This document shows, one piece after another, positions 40,814-50,242 of a DNA stretch of 64,000 nt (the stretch's first letter is position 1; every line of letters begins with the position of its first letter). The stretch comes from Nitrospinaceae bacterium. Its GTDB lineage: Bacteria > Nitrospinota > Nitrospinia > Nitrospinales > Nitrospinaceae. The notes below the pieces were generated by a model. It saw nothing but the letters and a program-made list of their open reading frames with translations. It did not search any database and had not been told where the DNA came from. Where the stretch lies: NCBI GenBank assembly GCA_965223665.1, contig OZ245011.1:3168001-3232000 (forward strand). Direction: 5' to 3'. A program made the position numbers and the translations under genes.

Positions 40814-41130
40814 GACTTCCAAATGAAAAATTTTAGAGTAAAAATTATTTGATAATTATTACTTGGAAGATAAATACCGAACGATTTACAAAGTGAAGAA
40901 GAGGCAGGTTTAAAAAAAGTATGACTCAATATTTTGAACGACAAAATAAAGCCAAAAAAAATCCCCACTGAGGGGGCCAATCTAGCCAGGGCAAAGTGAA
41001 TAATTTTCTATTGTCCAGGTTTCCTATAAAAAATATATTTCTACTTGAATTTAGGAATCCAAAGAAAATTAAAGGCGACCTACGCTAGCGGGCCAACAAC
41101 CTCTCATTCCACGAAGAGTTCGATGGTTTA

Positions 41131-41275
41131 TCCAAACTGGTAAGGTTTTCTGGCTTTGGGTCTCACATTTCCCCAGCCTTCCCATTTAACATATAAACAG
41201 TGGCAATTTGAGGAAACAACCCAGTCACAGCGGCGGGTCCGCAACGGATTTTCACCGTTTTCCCTTTTCCAGTTG
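41131..41275 (-). ncRNA. Cobalamin riboswitch upstream of cobS
   Basis: Minus strand reads AAAGGGAAaACGGTGAAAATCCGTtGCGGaCCCGCCGCTGTGA...GCCACTG...TGGGAAGG...AAGCCAGAAaACCT. Confidence 0.92.
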
Positions 41276-41394
41276 TTAAACTTCGTTACGAAAATAGCAG
41301 TTTTCAATTGTTTGTCAATAGAAAAGGAAATTAAAATTATCTTATGGTTATTTATCTATGGTAAATATTTTTTAGGTTCTTTGGGGTTAGTTAT

Positions 41395-41856
41395 TTACTT
41401 TTTTTCAGGTTCGCTGCCTGGAATGCCACCGACAATCTCTCCAGTTGCCTCATCTTCAAACCAAAATCTTACGTGGTAACCTTTTGCTTCAAACTTAACT
41501 ATGTAAGTTTTTCCCGGTTCTGCATCCAACCACAACACACCATAAGCAGATTGATTATCAAAATAATATCTAATTCCCAAGTAGTGTCTACTTGGCTCCA
41601 GTAAAACACTTTTAGGTGGATTCGAAAATATATTTGTTGTTAGTCTACCGTCCACCGTTTTTATAACAACACCTCTTTCTAAATCTATCAAAAAACTTTC
41701 TACTTTTTCAGAATGACCTTTAATTAGTGCTAATTGCTCTTGAGGTTTCGTTTCTCCTTTGTAAAATTTTAATGGTCCCTTTGAAGCACAGCCTACTGAC
41801 AAGTAAGATAAAAATAAAAAAATAAGAAAATAATTTAAATTTTTAAAAAATGGGAT
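41395..41856 (-). CDS. Putative lipoprotein (start uncertain, possibly non-canonical ATC)
   Basis: Lipobox LSVG|C. The in-frame hydrophobic signal extends upstream of TTG 41802 to the stop at 41872-41874. Confidence 0.65.
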   Translation of the reverse strand: MPFFKNLNYFLIFLFLSYLSVGCASKGPLKFYKGETKPQEQLALIKGHSEKVESFLIDLERGVVIKTVDGRLTTNIFSNPPKSVLLEPSRHYLGIRYYFDNQSAYGVLWLDAEPGKTYIVKFEAKGYHVRFWFEDEATGEIVGGIPGSEPEKK

Positions 41857-41930
41857 TGTCTTAAATCTTTGCTATATAAAAAGTAGTGAATTTTATCAAA
41901 AATTTAAGAAAAAATTTTTTTAATTTAGAA

Positions 41931-43157
41931 TCAATTGAAAATTGAAGAAATAGTTTGAGTAATATTTTCTTTTTCTTTGAAACTTAATGTGAAAAAAGAA
42001 ATTCCAATTTTATATGCTTTAATATAAGATTCCACTCGAGTTACTGAACCCATTAAATTTAAAGAGGTTTCTAAGGCAGGAATGGAAAGGCTCAATTTCA
42101 CTTTAGTGCCTTTACTTATAACTGTTGTTGATTCCACCAGCAATCCGGACTGGCTGATATTGATTAAATTTGTTTCCAAATAATTATTTGTAGAGGAAAA
42201 ACGTAATGGGTGAATTTCTACTTTTCCTGAACAGGAAAAACGGTTACTGTTTCGCATTTCTTTGGAATACAATTTAGCGCGATTTTTTCCCAGGGCCTTT
42301 GCCATATATAGAGCTTTATCGGCACAATCCAATAGTTCTATCGAAGTCAAAGCATCTAATGGGAAAGTGGCTATCCCACAGCTAACTGTAATACCCACCT
42401 GTTGATTTCCAAAATTAAATTTTAAGTTTTCAATATTTTGTCGAAATCGTTGGGCCAGGACTAATGCTTTTTGTTTACTAGTTTCGGGTAGAATTAATAC
42501 CAACTCTTCTCCCCCGTATCTAGCTGCTGTATCTTCCCCACGTTTATTTCTTTTAATTTCGTTTGCCACCTTCCTAAGAACCTCATCCCCTGCAAGGTGA
42601 CCATATAAATCATTTATGGTTTTAAAATCATCTAAATCAAAAAATACAATAGAAAAATCTGTTTCATAACGCTTGGCCCGGGATAATTCAACTTTCAATA
42701 TTTCTTCAAATGAACTTCGGTTAAATAATCCTGTAAGTGAATCATTCCTTGAATTTTGTTGTGTTTTTTCAAATTCACTTAACTCGACAAGTTTGGGATG
42801 ATTAAAATATATTTTTTCAGATAATAAAAAGTCGCAGGCCGCAGTGATTAAATTCACTGAGCGGTCCAATCCTTTTTCCATGCTCCTCCAGTGGGAGACG
42901 ATTTTTTGCCAAATCTGTTCTGCCTGATTTTCTTTGAAATCTAATTGGGTCAGTAATTTAAGAAGAATGGAATAAACGGGTTTTCCAAAGGCTTTTTCTA
43001 AAGCATCGATTTCAGTTAAAATATTGATCTGATTTTTGGGAAATCGATTTATTAAATCAAGGAGTGTTCTTCTAAGGTAGACTTTTTGGGGAATGATTTC
43101 TGATTTATCCCAACTTAGAATTCCATCCGTAGAGTTCTTTGTATTCAGTTTTGCCAT
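41931..43157 (-). CDS. Diguanylate cyclase with C-terminal PilZ domain (2)
   Basis: DSLTGLFNR, FKTINDLYGH, I-site RGED, RYGGEEL; PilZ RNSNR and NISQSG. Confidence 0.88.
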   Translation of the reverse strand: MAKLNTKNSTDGILSWDKSEIIPQKVYLRRTLLDLINRFPKNQINILTEIDALEKAFGKPVYSILLKLLTQLDFKENQAEQIWQKIVSHWRSMEKGLDRSVNLITAACDFLLSEKIYFNHPKLVELSEFEKTQQNSRNDSLTGLFNRSSFEEILKVELSRAKRYETDFSIVFFDLDDFKTINDLYGHLAGDEVLRKVANEIKRNKRGEDTAARYGGEELVLILPETSKQKALVLAQRFRQNIENLKFNFGNQQVGITVSCGIATFPLDALTSIELLDCADKALYMAKALGKNRAKLYSKEMRNSNRFSCSGKVEIHPLRFSSTNNYLETNLINISQSGLLVESTTVISKGTKVKLSLSIPALETSLNLMGSVTRVESYIKAYKIGISFFTLSFKEKENITQTISSIFN

Positions 43158-43250
43158 TATAAGTATGAAAAATTTTTTCTTAATTAATGGGCATCCTGCC
43201 TTTTAATTATTAATTCAATTTTGGGGTTACTAACTTAATTCTTAAAAGAG

Positions 43251-44426
43251 TTATTTAGACTCCATTACTGAAAATTGTGACTGCTTGATCAAAAAATCTA
43301 AAATTTCTTTTTGTTCTTTGTGCCTGACTTGAACAAATGAAACTCCAATATCATACCCTGGATCCAAAGATTCTAGTCGAACAACCGTTCCCAAAAGAAT
43401 GGTTGGATTTTGTGGATTAGGAATAGGAACTTGTAATTGAATGCGAGATCCTATTTCTATTACTTCAGAACTTTCAAATAACATTCCAGAAAGACTTAAA
43501 TCTTTTCCAGTTGCAGAAACTTGATTATAGTTTAACCAATTATCCAGTCTGTTAATGACCACTGGGCCAGCAAAATCCGCACGGACATATTGTCGTTTGT
43601 CAGAGGAATATAAATTAATCTGATTTTTTCCGGAAGCCTTGGATCGATAAAGGGCTTGATCAGCACATTCAATAATTCCCTCAGCAGTAATAGCATCATG
43701 TGGATAAGTAGCAATTCCTCCACTCATGGTTACGGAAAAGTTTATTCCTCCGAACGATAGAGGAAGTTCAGAAATTTTTTGTCGAATCCGTTCAGCCTTT
43801 ATTACTGCATTGGATTTGCTAGTTGATGGAAGGACCAGAACCAATTCTTCTCCTCCATAACGGGCAGCAATATCTTCCCCTCGCTTTTCTGTTCTTATTA
43901 AGTCTGCAATTTTACTGAGCGCTAAATCTCCACCCAGGTGACCCACAGTATCGTTAATACGCTTAAAATTATCTATATCAAAAAATATGAGAGAAAATTC
44001 GGTTTTGTAGCGTTTAGCTCGGGAGATTTCCCCCTGAAGAGCTTCTTCAAAATAACCTCTATTATATAAACCAGTTAGGTAATCACATTTAGAATAGTGG
44101 CTGGCTTCTTCAAAAACTTTCAACTCAACAACTTTAGGATAGGTAAAAGCTTTACGAACCGTAAGAAAGTAATCGCAAATCGCGGTTAATAAATTAACTT
44201 GCCTAGAAAGAGATTGGCTAATTTTTTTTCTATGCTTTAAGATCTCTTCCCAAATACCTTTAGCCTCAAGGTCGCTAAATTCTAATTGTGTCAAAACATT
44301 AAGTAGAACAGGAAAAACCAGATCACCTTCCTTTTCTACTATGGCTTCTAAATCATGCAAGAATAGTTCTTCATCCTCACCATGATTTTTAACAAATTCA
44401 ATAATTGTGTTTCTAAGAGGTTGCAT
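43251..44426 (-). CDS. Diguanylate cyclase with C-terminal PilZ domain (1)
   Basis: DYLTGLYNR, FKRINDTVGH, RGED, RYGGEEL; PilZ RQYVR and DLSLSG. Confidence 0.9.
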   Translation of the reverse strand: MQPLRNTIIEFVKNHGEDEELFLHDLEAIVEKEGDLVFPVLLNVLTQLEFSDLEAKGIWEEILKHRKKISQSLSRQVNLLTAICDYFLTVRKAFTYPKVVELKVFEEASHYSKCDYLTGLYNRGYFEEALQGEISRAKRYKTEFSLIFFDIDNFKRINDTVGHLGGDLALSKIADLIRTEKRGEDIAARYGGEELVLVLPSTSKSNAVIKAERIRQKISELPLSFGGINFSVTMSGGIATYPHDAITAEGIIECADQALYRSKASGKNQINLYSSDKRQYVRADFAGPVVINRLDNWLNYNQVSATGKDLSLSGMLFESSEVIEIGSRIQLQVPIPNPQNPTILLGTVVRLESLDPGYDIGVSFVQVRHKEQKEILDFLIKQSQFSVMESK

Positions 44427-44601
44427 AACAGATTTACAGAATTCTTATAAATTAGACCAATTAAAGTAATACAGATTTGAAGTGAAAATTTAAATACCCC
44501 ATAGAGGTGATTTTGTAAAACTCACCCCTTTTTAATTTAAATTGATGAATTTGTCAAAGGGTTTTCGAATCCAAGTTTTCAACTAGGCCAAATTCAACAC
44601 A

Positions 44602-45954
44602 TTATACCACTTCTAGCGTTTTTAGGTTCTTTAAATTTTCGGAGAATCGTAATGCATCTTCCCCAACTGGGGTGAGTTTGTTTCCAATTACATTTAAAAA
44701 TACCAATTCGTTAAGAAATTTGGAGTTCGCTAGTGAGCGTGCCCCGTCATCGCCTATGAAATTTAATCCAAGAACCAATATGCGTAAATTGGAAAAAGTC
44801 TTAGACTCTGCAATGGCTTTTGCCCCTGAGGCGTGAATCCAATTGTCTTGCTCTAAATATAAAGCTTCTAAGTTTTTCAGGTAATTGCTTTCTGCTAAAG
44901 CAGTAATGCCCTTATCTGAAATGGCATTATTGTTCAAATGGAGAGTTTTTAAGTTTATCAAATTATTTCCATTGGCTAGAGCAATTGCACCTTCAGCATT
45001 CAAATTGTTTTCACCTAGGTTTAAGAATTCCAATTGGCAGGAATTTCTAGACTCAACTAATGCTTTGGTCCCTTCAGCACGAATATCATTATTATTTAAA
45101 TTAAGACGTTTCAGTTGGGTAAATCTATTAGATTTACCCAGGGTGATAGCACTATCTGCTGTTAAACTGTTACATTTTAATTGTAATTCTTCTAATGACA
45201 GGCAAAGGTCCGAGTTAGCAATGGAGTAAACCCCATCATCTCCTAAATGGTTATTATTTAATTTTAAAGATTTTAAATTGGGAAAAGAGGTGGTTTGCCC
45301 TAAATAATCTGCACCACGATCAGTTAAATTATTTTCTGAAAGATCTAGCATTTCCAATTTTTCCATTCGTGGAAATTTGGGAAAATATTTTGTCCCTTCA
45401 TCGCCGATTCCAGTGTCAGTAAGGTTTAAGGAACGAAGACGATTCCCCAACTCGGATTCAGCTAATGCTTTTGCACCTAAGTTTGTGATCTGGTTATATG
45501 AAAGATCCAGATTTTCCAGGTTAACTAAAGTCATGCTTTTGGATAATGCTTTGGAACCAATTGGGCCCAATTCATTACAGGTTAAATTCAAAGATTTTAA
45601 ATTTTTGAATACCTCGACTTTGGATAAATAAAAAACACCATCATCATCGACATTATTATTTCCCAGGTTTAAATGTTCTAACCCAGATAAAAAAGGAGAT
45701 ACGCATAAGTATTGAAGGTTAGTCGTGTTAAGACCGGCTTGAGTTAGGTTTAACTTTTTAACGTTTGCTAAAGGTTTTAATGCCGAAAGAATTTTATATT
45801 CTTTTTCTGAAAGGGGTTGCAAAGAAAGATCAAGATGGGTGGGGTCTTTCTCCAACTTTTGCTGAATGATATATATCAAATCTTCAGCCTCAGTGTACTT
45901 CTCAAAATATCGAAGGAATTCCAAGCTATTATTAATGTCTTTAGCTTCCGTCAT
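44602..45954 (-). CDS. Leucine-rich repeat protein (RI-like, about 28-aa repeats)
   Basis: Recurrent LxxLxLxxNxIxxxGAxALA units. Confidence 0.9.
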   Translation of the reverse strand: MTEAKDINNSLEFLRYFEKYTEAEDLIYIIQQKLEKDPTHLDLSLQPLSEKEYKILSALKPLANVKKLNLTQAGLNTTNLQYLCVSPFLSGLEHLNLGNNNVDDDGVFYLSKVEVFKNLKSLNLTCNELGPIGSKALSKSMTLVNLENLDLSYNQITNLGAKALAESELGNRLRSLNLTDTGIGDEGTKYFPKFPRMEKLEMLDLSENNLTDRGADYLGQTTSFPNLKSLKLNNNHLGDDGVYSIANSDLCLSLEELQLKCNSLTADSAITLGKSNRFTQLKRLNLNNNDIRAEGTKALVESRNSCQLEFLNLGENNLNAEGAIALANGNNLINLKTLHLNNNAISDKGITALAESNYLKNLEALYLEQDNWIHASGAKAIAESKTFSNLRILVLGLNFIGDDGARSLANSKFLNELVFLNVIGNKLTPVGEDALRFSENLKNLKTLEVV

Positions 45955-46089
45955 TTACTTTTAGGATTGGGATTTGTCTTGCCTGGATTATATCATTCAA
46001 ATAATAAGAGGAAAAGAGGTTGGCAAAAGAGGGTTTCTATAAGAAAAAAGAGGAGAAAAAAGAAAGAAGAAAAAAGGGAAAATATTTGA

Positions 46090-49000
46090 TTAATTCAAAT
46101 TTACTGAAACTACTTTAGAAACGCCGCGTTCTTCCATGGTGACACCATATAGGGTATTGGCAAAAGACATACTTTTTTGATTATGGGTGATGATGATGAA
46201 TTGCGTTTTTTCAGACATTTCTTTGAGCATTTCTTGAAATCGAACTACATTGGCTTCGTCTAAGGCAGCATCAACTTCATCTAAGAGAACAAAAGGGCTG
46301 GGACGCACTTTTAATATTGCAAAAACCAATGCAATGGCGGTCATGGATTTTTCTCCCCCCGAGAGAAGTGTGATATTGTGCATGGATTTACCTAAGGGGC
46401 TGGCGGTGATCTCAATTCCCGTTTCCAAAGGATCTTCAGGATCCACCAGGGAAAGTTCTGCTTTACCACCCAAAAACAACCTTTGAAAAATAGATTTAAA
46501 TTTTTCATTTACCTCTTCAAAAGTATCCAAAAATAATTTTTTTGTGGTTTTATCCATCTTTTCAACTGTCTGGTGGAGAGAAAGAATAGATTCAGCTAAA
46601 TCTTCTTGTTGTTTTTGAAGAAACAAATATCTTTCATTAGCTACTTTAAAATCAGACAAAGCTGCTAAATTAACTTCTCCAATACGTGCTACTTTGTCTT
46701 TTAGGGCGGCTAACTTTTCTGCAACTTCCTCTTCATCTACATCCCCTTCACTGGTATGGAGGATGTCATCAACGGTTACGTTAAAATCTTCCCAAGCTCT
46801 TTCTTCAATATGGGAAATTTGTAAATTTAATTCAGAACTTTTTAGTTCATTTTTGGAAATTGCTTCGGTCAATTCTTGAATTTGTCTTGAAAGTAGTCTG
46901 GAATCTTGATCCAGTTGATTCAGTAAAGTTTCTTTTTCTTTAAATATCTCCTCTTCTTGAACAATATGTTTTCGCAAACCTTCTGTTTCTTCAGAGTTTC
47001 TTAAAATTAAATTTTCAAATTCACTGATTGCCTGTGAACCTGATTCAATTTTTTCCTTATTAGTCTTACCTTCGGATTCCCTCAAGGTAATTCGCTGTTT
47101 TAAGTTTTCTTGTTGTAATTGTAAACGCTTTATATCAATTTCTATGTTCTCAAATTTTCCTTTCTGTGAAGCCATTTGAACTTTAATCTGATTTATTTCC
47201 TCGTTTTGTTGGTCCAGAACAATACGCTGCTCATTGGAGGTTTTCTGCAAGTCTTGAAGCAGGGTTTCTAATTGTTGCTTTTCTTCTTCTGTCTGACTTT
47301 TTGAGCTTACGATAGTTTCTAATTCCTGGGACAATTCATTTTTTTCATGAAGATTATTAGATTGCTCATATTTTAAATTGGACAATTTTTTTTCCAGTCG
47401 CCCTAACTCAATTTGCAGTTGTTCCATCTCATTTTTTCGATTATTTTTTTCAATTTCGATTTCATGTATTTCCGAGTTGAGATTTTTGTAATTTTCATTC
47501 ACCAAAGAAAAACTACTAGCAACATTTTCTTTGTCAGCAACCACCGTATTTAAAGCTTGGTTTAAAGCTTCCACTTGATTGCCCAGTTCATCGATTTCAC
47601 GGTTTTGGACTAACAAACCCTGGTTGGATTCTTCAGACAACCCTCCTGTCACCACCCCCTGTGAATCAATAACTTCTCCATTTAAAGTTACGACGGTTCC
47701 AGTGAATTCTTCCATATGGTGTATGTGAAAAGCGGTCTCTAAATCTTTTACTACCACTACATTTCCTAAAAGCATATTTAGAAGAGTTTTATATTCTTCT
47801 GGTGTTTCAATGAAGTCCGATAACTTCCCAATGGCTCCTTGATTTCCATTCATAGTAGCAAAAGTAATTGCTGTTGGTTTAGGCTGTAATGGAATAAATG
47901 AACCTCGTCCCGATTTATGTTCCCTTAAGTAGCGGATTGCGTCTACGGTATTGGAATAGGAGTCTACAATAATACTTTGAAGTCGATCCCCCAAAACCGC
48001 TTCCACTGCTTTTTCAAATTCAGCCGGAGCTTTTATGACATCTACAATTACTTCTTTTAATCCTAATGGTCGGTCCCCATTCGCGTGGCTCATTAATGCT
48101 TTTACGCCTTCACCAAATCCCTCAAATTTTGTTCGCAATTCTTTTAAGGATTTGAAAAGAGAAGATTGCGAAAGAAATGCTTCTTTGGAAGAATGAATTT
48201 CCTGATCTAAAATTTCTAGTTTTGAGTTTAAGGCATTTAACTCTAACTCCATTTGAGCCTGATTTTGTTTGCTGGATTCCCAGTGGTGCTTTTTTTCATT
48301 AAAAAGGGATTCTGCCTTCTGTAATTTAGTTTGAATCTCAATTGATTGGGATTCCGTGTCTTTTTGCTCATTCTGAAGTTTGATTTCTCTATCTTTTAGA
48401 AACTCTTGTCGGGTTTCCAACGAAGCAATTTGATTTTTTTGCTGGGAAATTTTATTAAATAGATCTAGTAGTTGGCTTTCGCTGGATTTTATTCGATTGC
48501 CAAGTTCATTTAGTAGTCCTTTCCCATGCTCCCATTCGCGCAATTTAAACTCACACTTTTCTTCATGGGATTTAATTTCCTCGCCCACCAAATTAAGTTC
48601 GTTTTGTTGCTTTTCTGTTTCTAATTTATGCGATTCCATTTCCGAGATCATTTGCGAAATTTCATTTTGTCCCATTTCTATATCTTTTTTTGCTTGATCG
48701 ATCTGTGCCTTTTTGAGCTCAATGTTGTGTTCGTTAGTTCGGATTTCATCGTTTAATTGTTGTAATTGTTCTCGTTTTTGATTCAGAGCTTTTGTGAGTT
48801 CCTCAATGCCTAATCGTAATTCTGTGATTTGAGAATCATATGTGGATGATTTGGCATTTAAATTTACTTTTTGTTCATTTTCTTCTTCCAAAATTTCTGT
48901 GATTTGCTCAAGTTCCTGTTGGAACTTTCTAATTCTTTTGGAAAAAAGATTAAGTGATAATTCTTTGATCTCACTTTGGAACTGCTTATAACGCTCGGCT

Positions 49001-49647
49001 TTTGCGGCTTGCCGCTTTAAAGATTCTACTTGTCGACTCAATTCCTGGACGATATCTGAAATGCGATCTAAGTTTTGTCCGGCAGTTTCAAGTTTTCTTA
49101 AAGCCTCATTTTTGCGAACTTTGAATTTCAATATCCCAGCCGCTTCCTCAATCCAAATTCTACGATCTTCCGGCTTAGAGGTAACAATATCCTGAATATG
49201 GTTCTGCTCGATCACGGTCAATACTTTGGGACTGATTCCCACGTCCAAAAATAAATCAGTGATGTCTTTTAATCTGCAAGGTATCTGATTTATATAGAAT
49301 TCACTCTCTCCAGATCTGTGGTAACACCGAGTCACTTTGATTTCGTCAGATAGGTTTTGAATATTTGCTATTCGTAAACCTTCAGGTACATTTCCCAAAG
49401 TAATGGTAATTTCTGCACGATGGACAGGTTTTCGAGAACTGCTTCCATTAAAAATTAAGTCGGTTATACGAGTTCCTCTTAGGTTTTTGGAGCTTTGCTC
49501 TCCAATAACCCAACGAATGGCATCTGATATATTGCTTTTTCCACAGCCATTTGGACCTACTACTGCAGTAAAGCCTTGGGTAAAGTCCAAACGCGTGGAA
49601 TCTACAAATGATTTAAATCCGGTCAATTCTAAATGTTTAAGGAGCAT
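46090..49647 (-). CDS. smc: Chromosome segregation protein SMC
   Basis: GPNGCGKSN Walker A, long coiled coils, hinge (GRGSFIPL, GVVTGG), LSGGE signature and LLDEVDAALD. Confidence 0.97.
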   Translation of the reverse strand: MLLKHLELTGFKSFVDSTRLDFTQGFTAVVGPNGCGKSNISDAIRWVIGEQSSKNLRGTRITDLIFNGSSSRKPVHRAEITITLGNVPEGLRIANIQNLSDEIKVTRCYHRSGESEFYINQIPCRLKDITDLFLDVGISPKVLTVIEQNHIQDIVTSKPEDRRIWIEEAAGILKFKVRKNEALRKLETAGQNLDRISDIVQELSRQVESLKRQAAKAERYKQFQSEIKELSLNLFSKRIRKFQQELEQITEILEEENEQKVNLNAKSSTYDSQITELRLGIEELTKALNQKREQLQQLNDEIRTNEHNIELKKAQIDQAKKDIEMGQNEISQMISEMESHKLETEKQQNELNLVGEEIKSHEEKCEFKLREWEHGKGLLNELGNRIKSSESQLLDLFNKISQQKNQIASLETRQEFLKDREIKLQNEQKDTESQSIEIQTKLQKAESLFNEKKHHWESSKQNQAQMELELNALNSKLEILDQEIHSSKEAFLSQSSLFKSLKELRTKFEGFGEGVKALMSHANGDRPLGLKEVIVDVIKAPAEFEKAVEAVLGDRLQSIIVDSYSNTVDAIRYLREHKSGRGSFIPLQPKPTAITFATMNGNQGAIGKLSDFIETPEEYKTLLNMLLGNVVVVKDLETAFHIHHMEEFTGTVVTLNGEVIDSQGVVTGGLSEESNQGLLVQNREIDELGNQVEALNQALNTVVADKENVASSFSLVNENYKNLNSEIHEIEIEKNNRKNEMEQLQIELGRLEKKLSNLKYEQSNNLHEKNELSQELETIVSSKSQTEEEKQQLETLLQDLQKTSNEQRIVLDQQNEEINQIKVQMASQKGKFENIEIDIKRLQLQQENLKQRITLRESEGKTNKEKIESGSQAISEFENLILRNSEETEGLRKHIVQEEEIFKEKETLLNQLDQDSRLLSRQIQELTEAISKNELKSSELNLQISHIEERAWEDFNVTVDDILHTSEGDVDEEEVAEKLAALKDKVARIGEVNLAALSDFKVANERYLFLQKQQEDLAESILSLHQTVEKMDKTTKKLFLDTFEEVNEKFKSIFQRLFLGGKAELSLVDPEDPLETGIEITASPLGKSMHNITLLSGGEKSMTAIALVFAILKVRPSPFVLLDEVDAALDEANVVRFQEMLKEMSEKTQFIIITHNQKSMSFANTLYGVTMEERGVSKVVSVNLN

Positions 49648-49702
49648 AGTGATTCGGTCTTTCTAAAAAGAAGAGGTGAGTCTTGCAATAAGATGCCGAG
49701 AC

Positions 49703-49711
49703 ATTATATCA
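49703..49711 (-). promoter_or_regulatory. Extended -10 promoter element of smc
   Basis: Minus strand reads TG-a-TATAAT about 55 nt upstream of the smc ATG. Confidence 0.5.
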
Positions 49712-49768
49712 TTCCATTGACATTGTGAAACAAAATTATACATTTGGTTGGGTAAATATTTTTTTTAC

Positions 49769-49784
49769 CTACAATATATTGTGG
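49769..49784. promoter_or_regulatory. Candidate NrdR box
   Basis: ctACAATATATTGTgg: a perfect 12-bp palindromic core resembling the NrdR consensus, in the divergent smc/arsC-like intergenic region. Confidence 0.55.
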
Positions 49785-49869
49785 TTTGATTTGAATTTTT
49801 GTTAATTGATGGAACCCTTAATTTTTAAGTTATTAACGAACTTTTAAAACCCCGAGAGGCAAATAAAAC

Positions 49870-50214
49870 ATGAAATTCTATGGATACAATAAATGCGGTA
49901 CCTGTCAAAAAGCGAAAAAATTTTTAACCAGCAAGAAATTGGAATACCAGGATATTGATATCACCCAAAATCCTCCGCCCAAAACCGTTTTAAAAAAAGC
50001 CATGAAAATTTATGGGACCAAAAAACTGTTTAATACCAGCGGAGTTCAATACAAAGAACTAAAAATTAAAGATAAAATTAAAACCATGACTGAAAAAGAA
50101 GCCCTCGAATTGTTAGCAGGTAATGGACGGTTAATAAAAAGACCCATTGCAGTTGAAGGTGATAAGATAACTGTGGGCTTTAACGAAGCGGAGTATGCTC
50201 AGTCTTGGAGTTAA
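49870..50214 (+). CDS. ArsC/Spx-family (YffB/YusI-like) protein
   Basis: YNKCGTCQKA, LFNTSG and LIKRPI. Confidence 0.88.
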   Translation: MKFYGYNKCGTCQKAKKFLTSKKLEYQDIDITQNPPPKTVLKKAMKIYGTKKLFNTSGVQYKELKIKDKIKTMTEKEALELLAGNGRLIKRPIAVEGDKITVGFNEAEYAQSWS

Positions 50215-50242
50215 GACTTTCGAATGTTTTTTTAAAAATTAA

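Noticed and set aside
41156-41479. 107-aa + strand ORF
   Set aside because: Antisense to the riboswitch and the lipoprotein gene; a shadow ORF.
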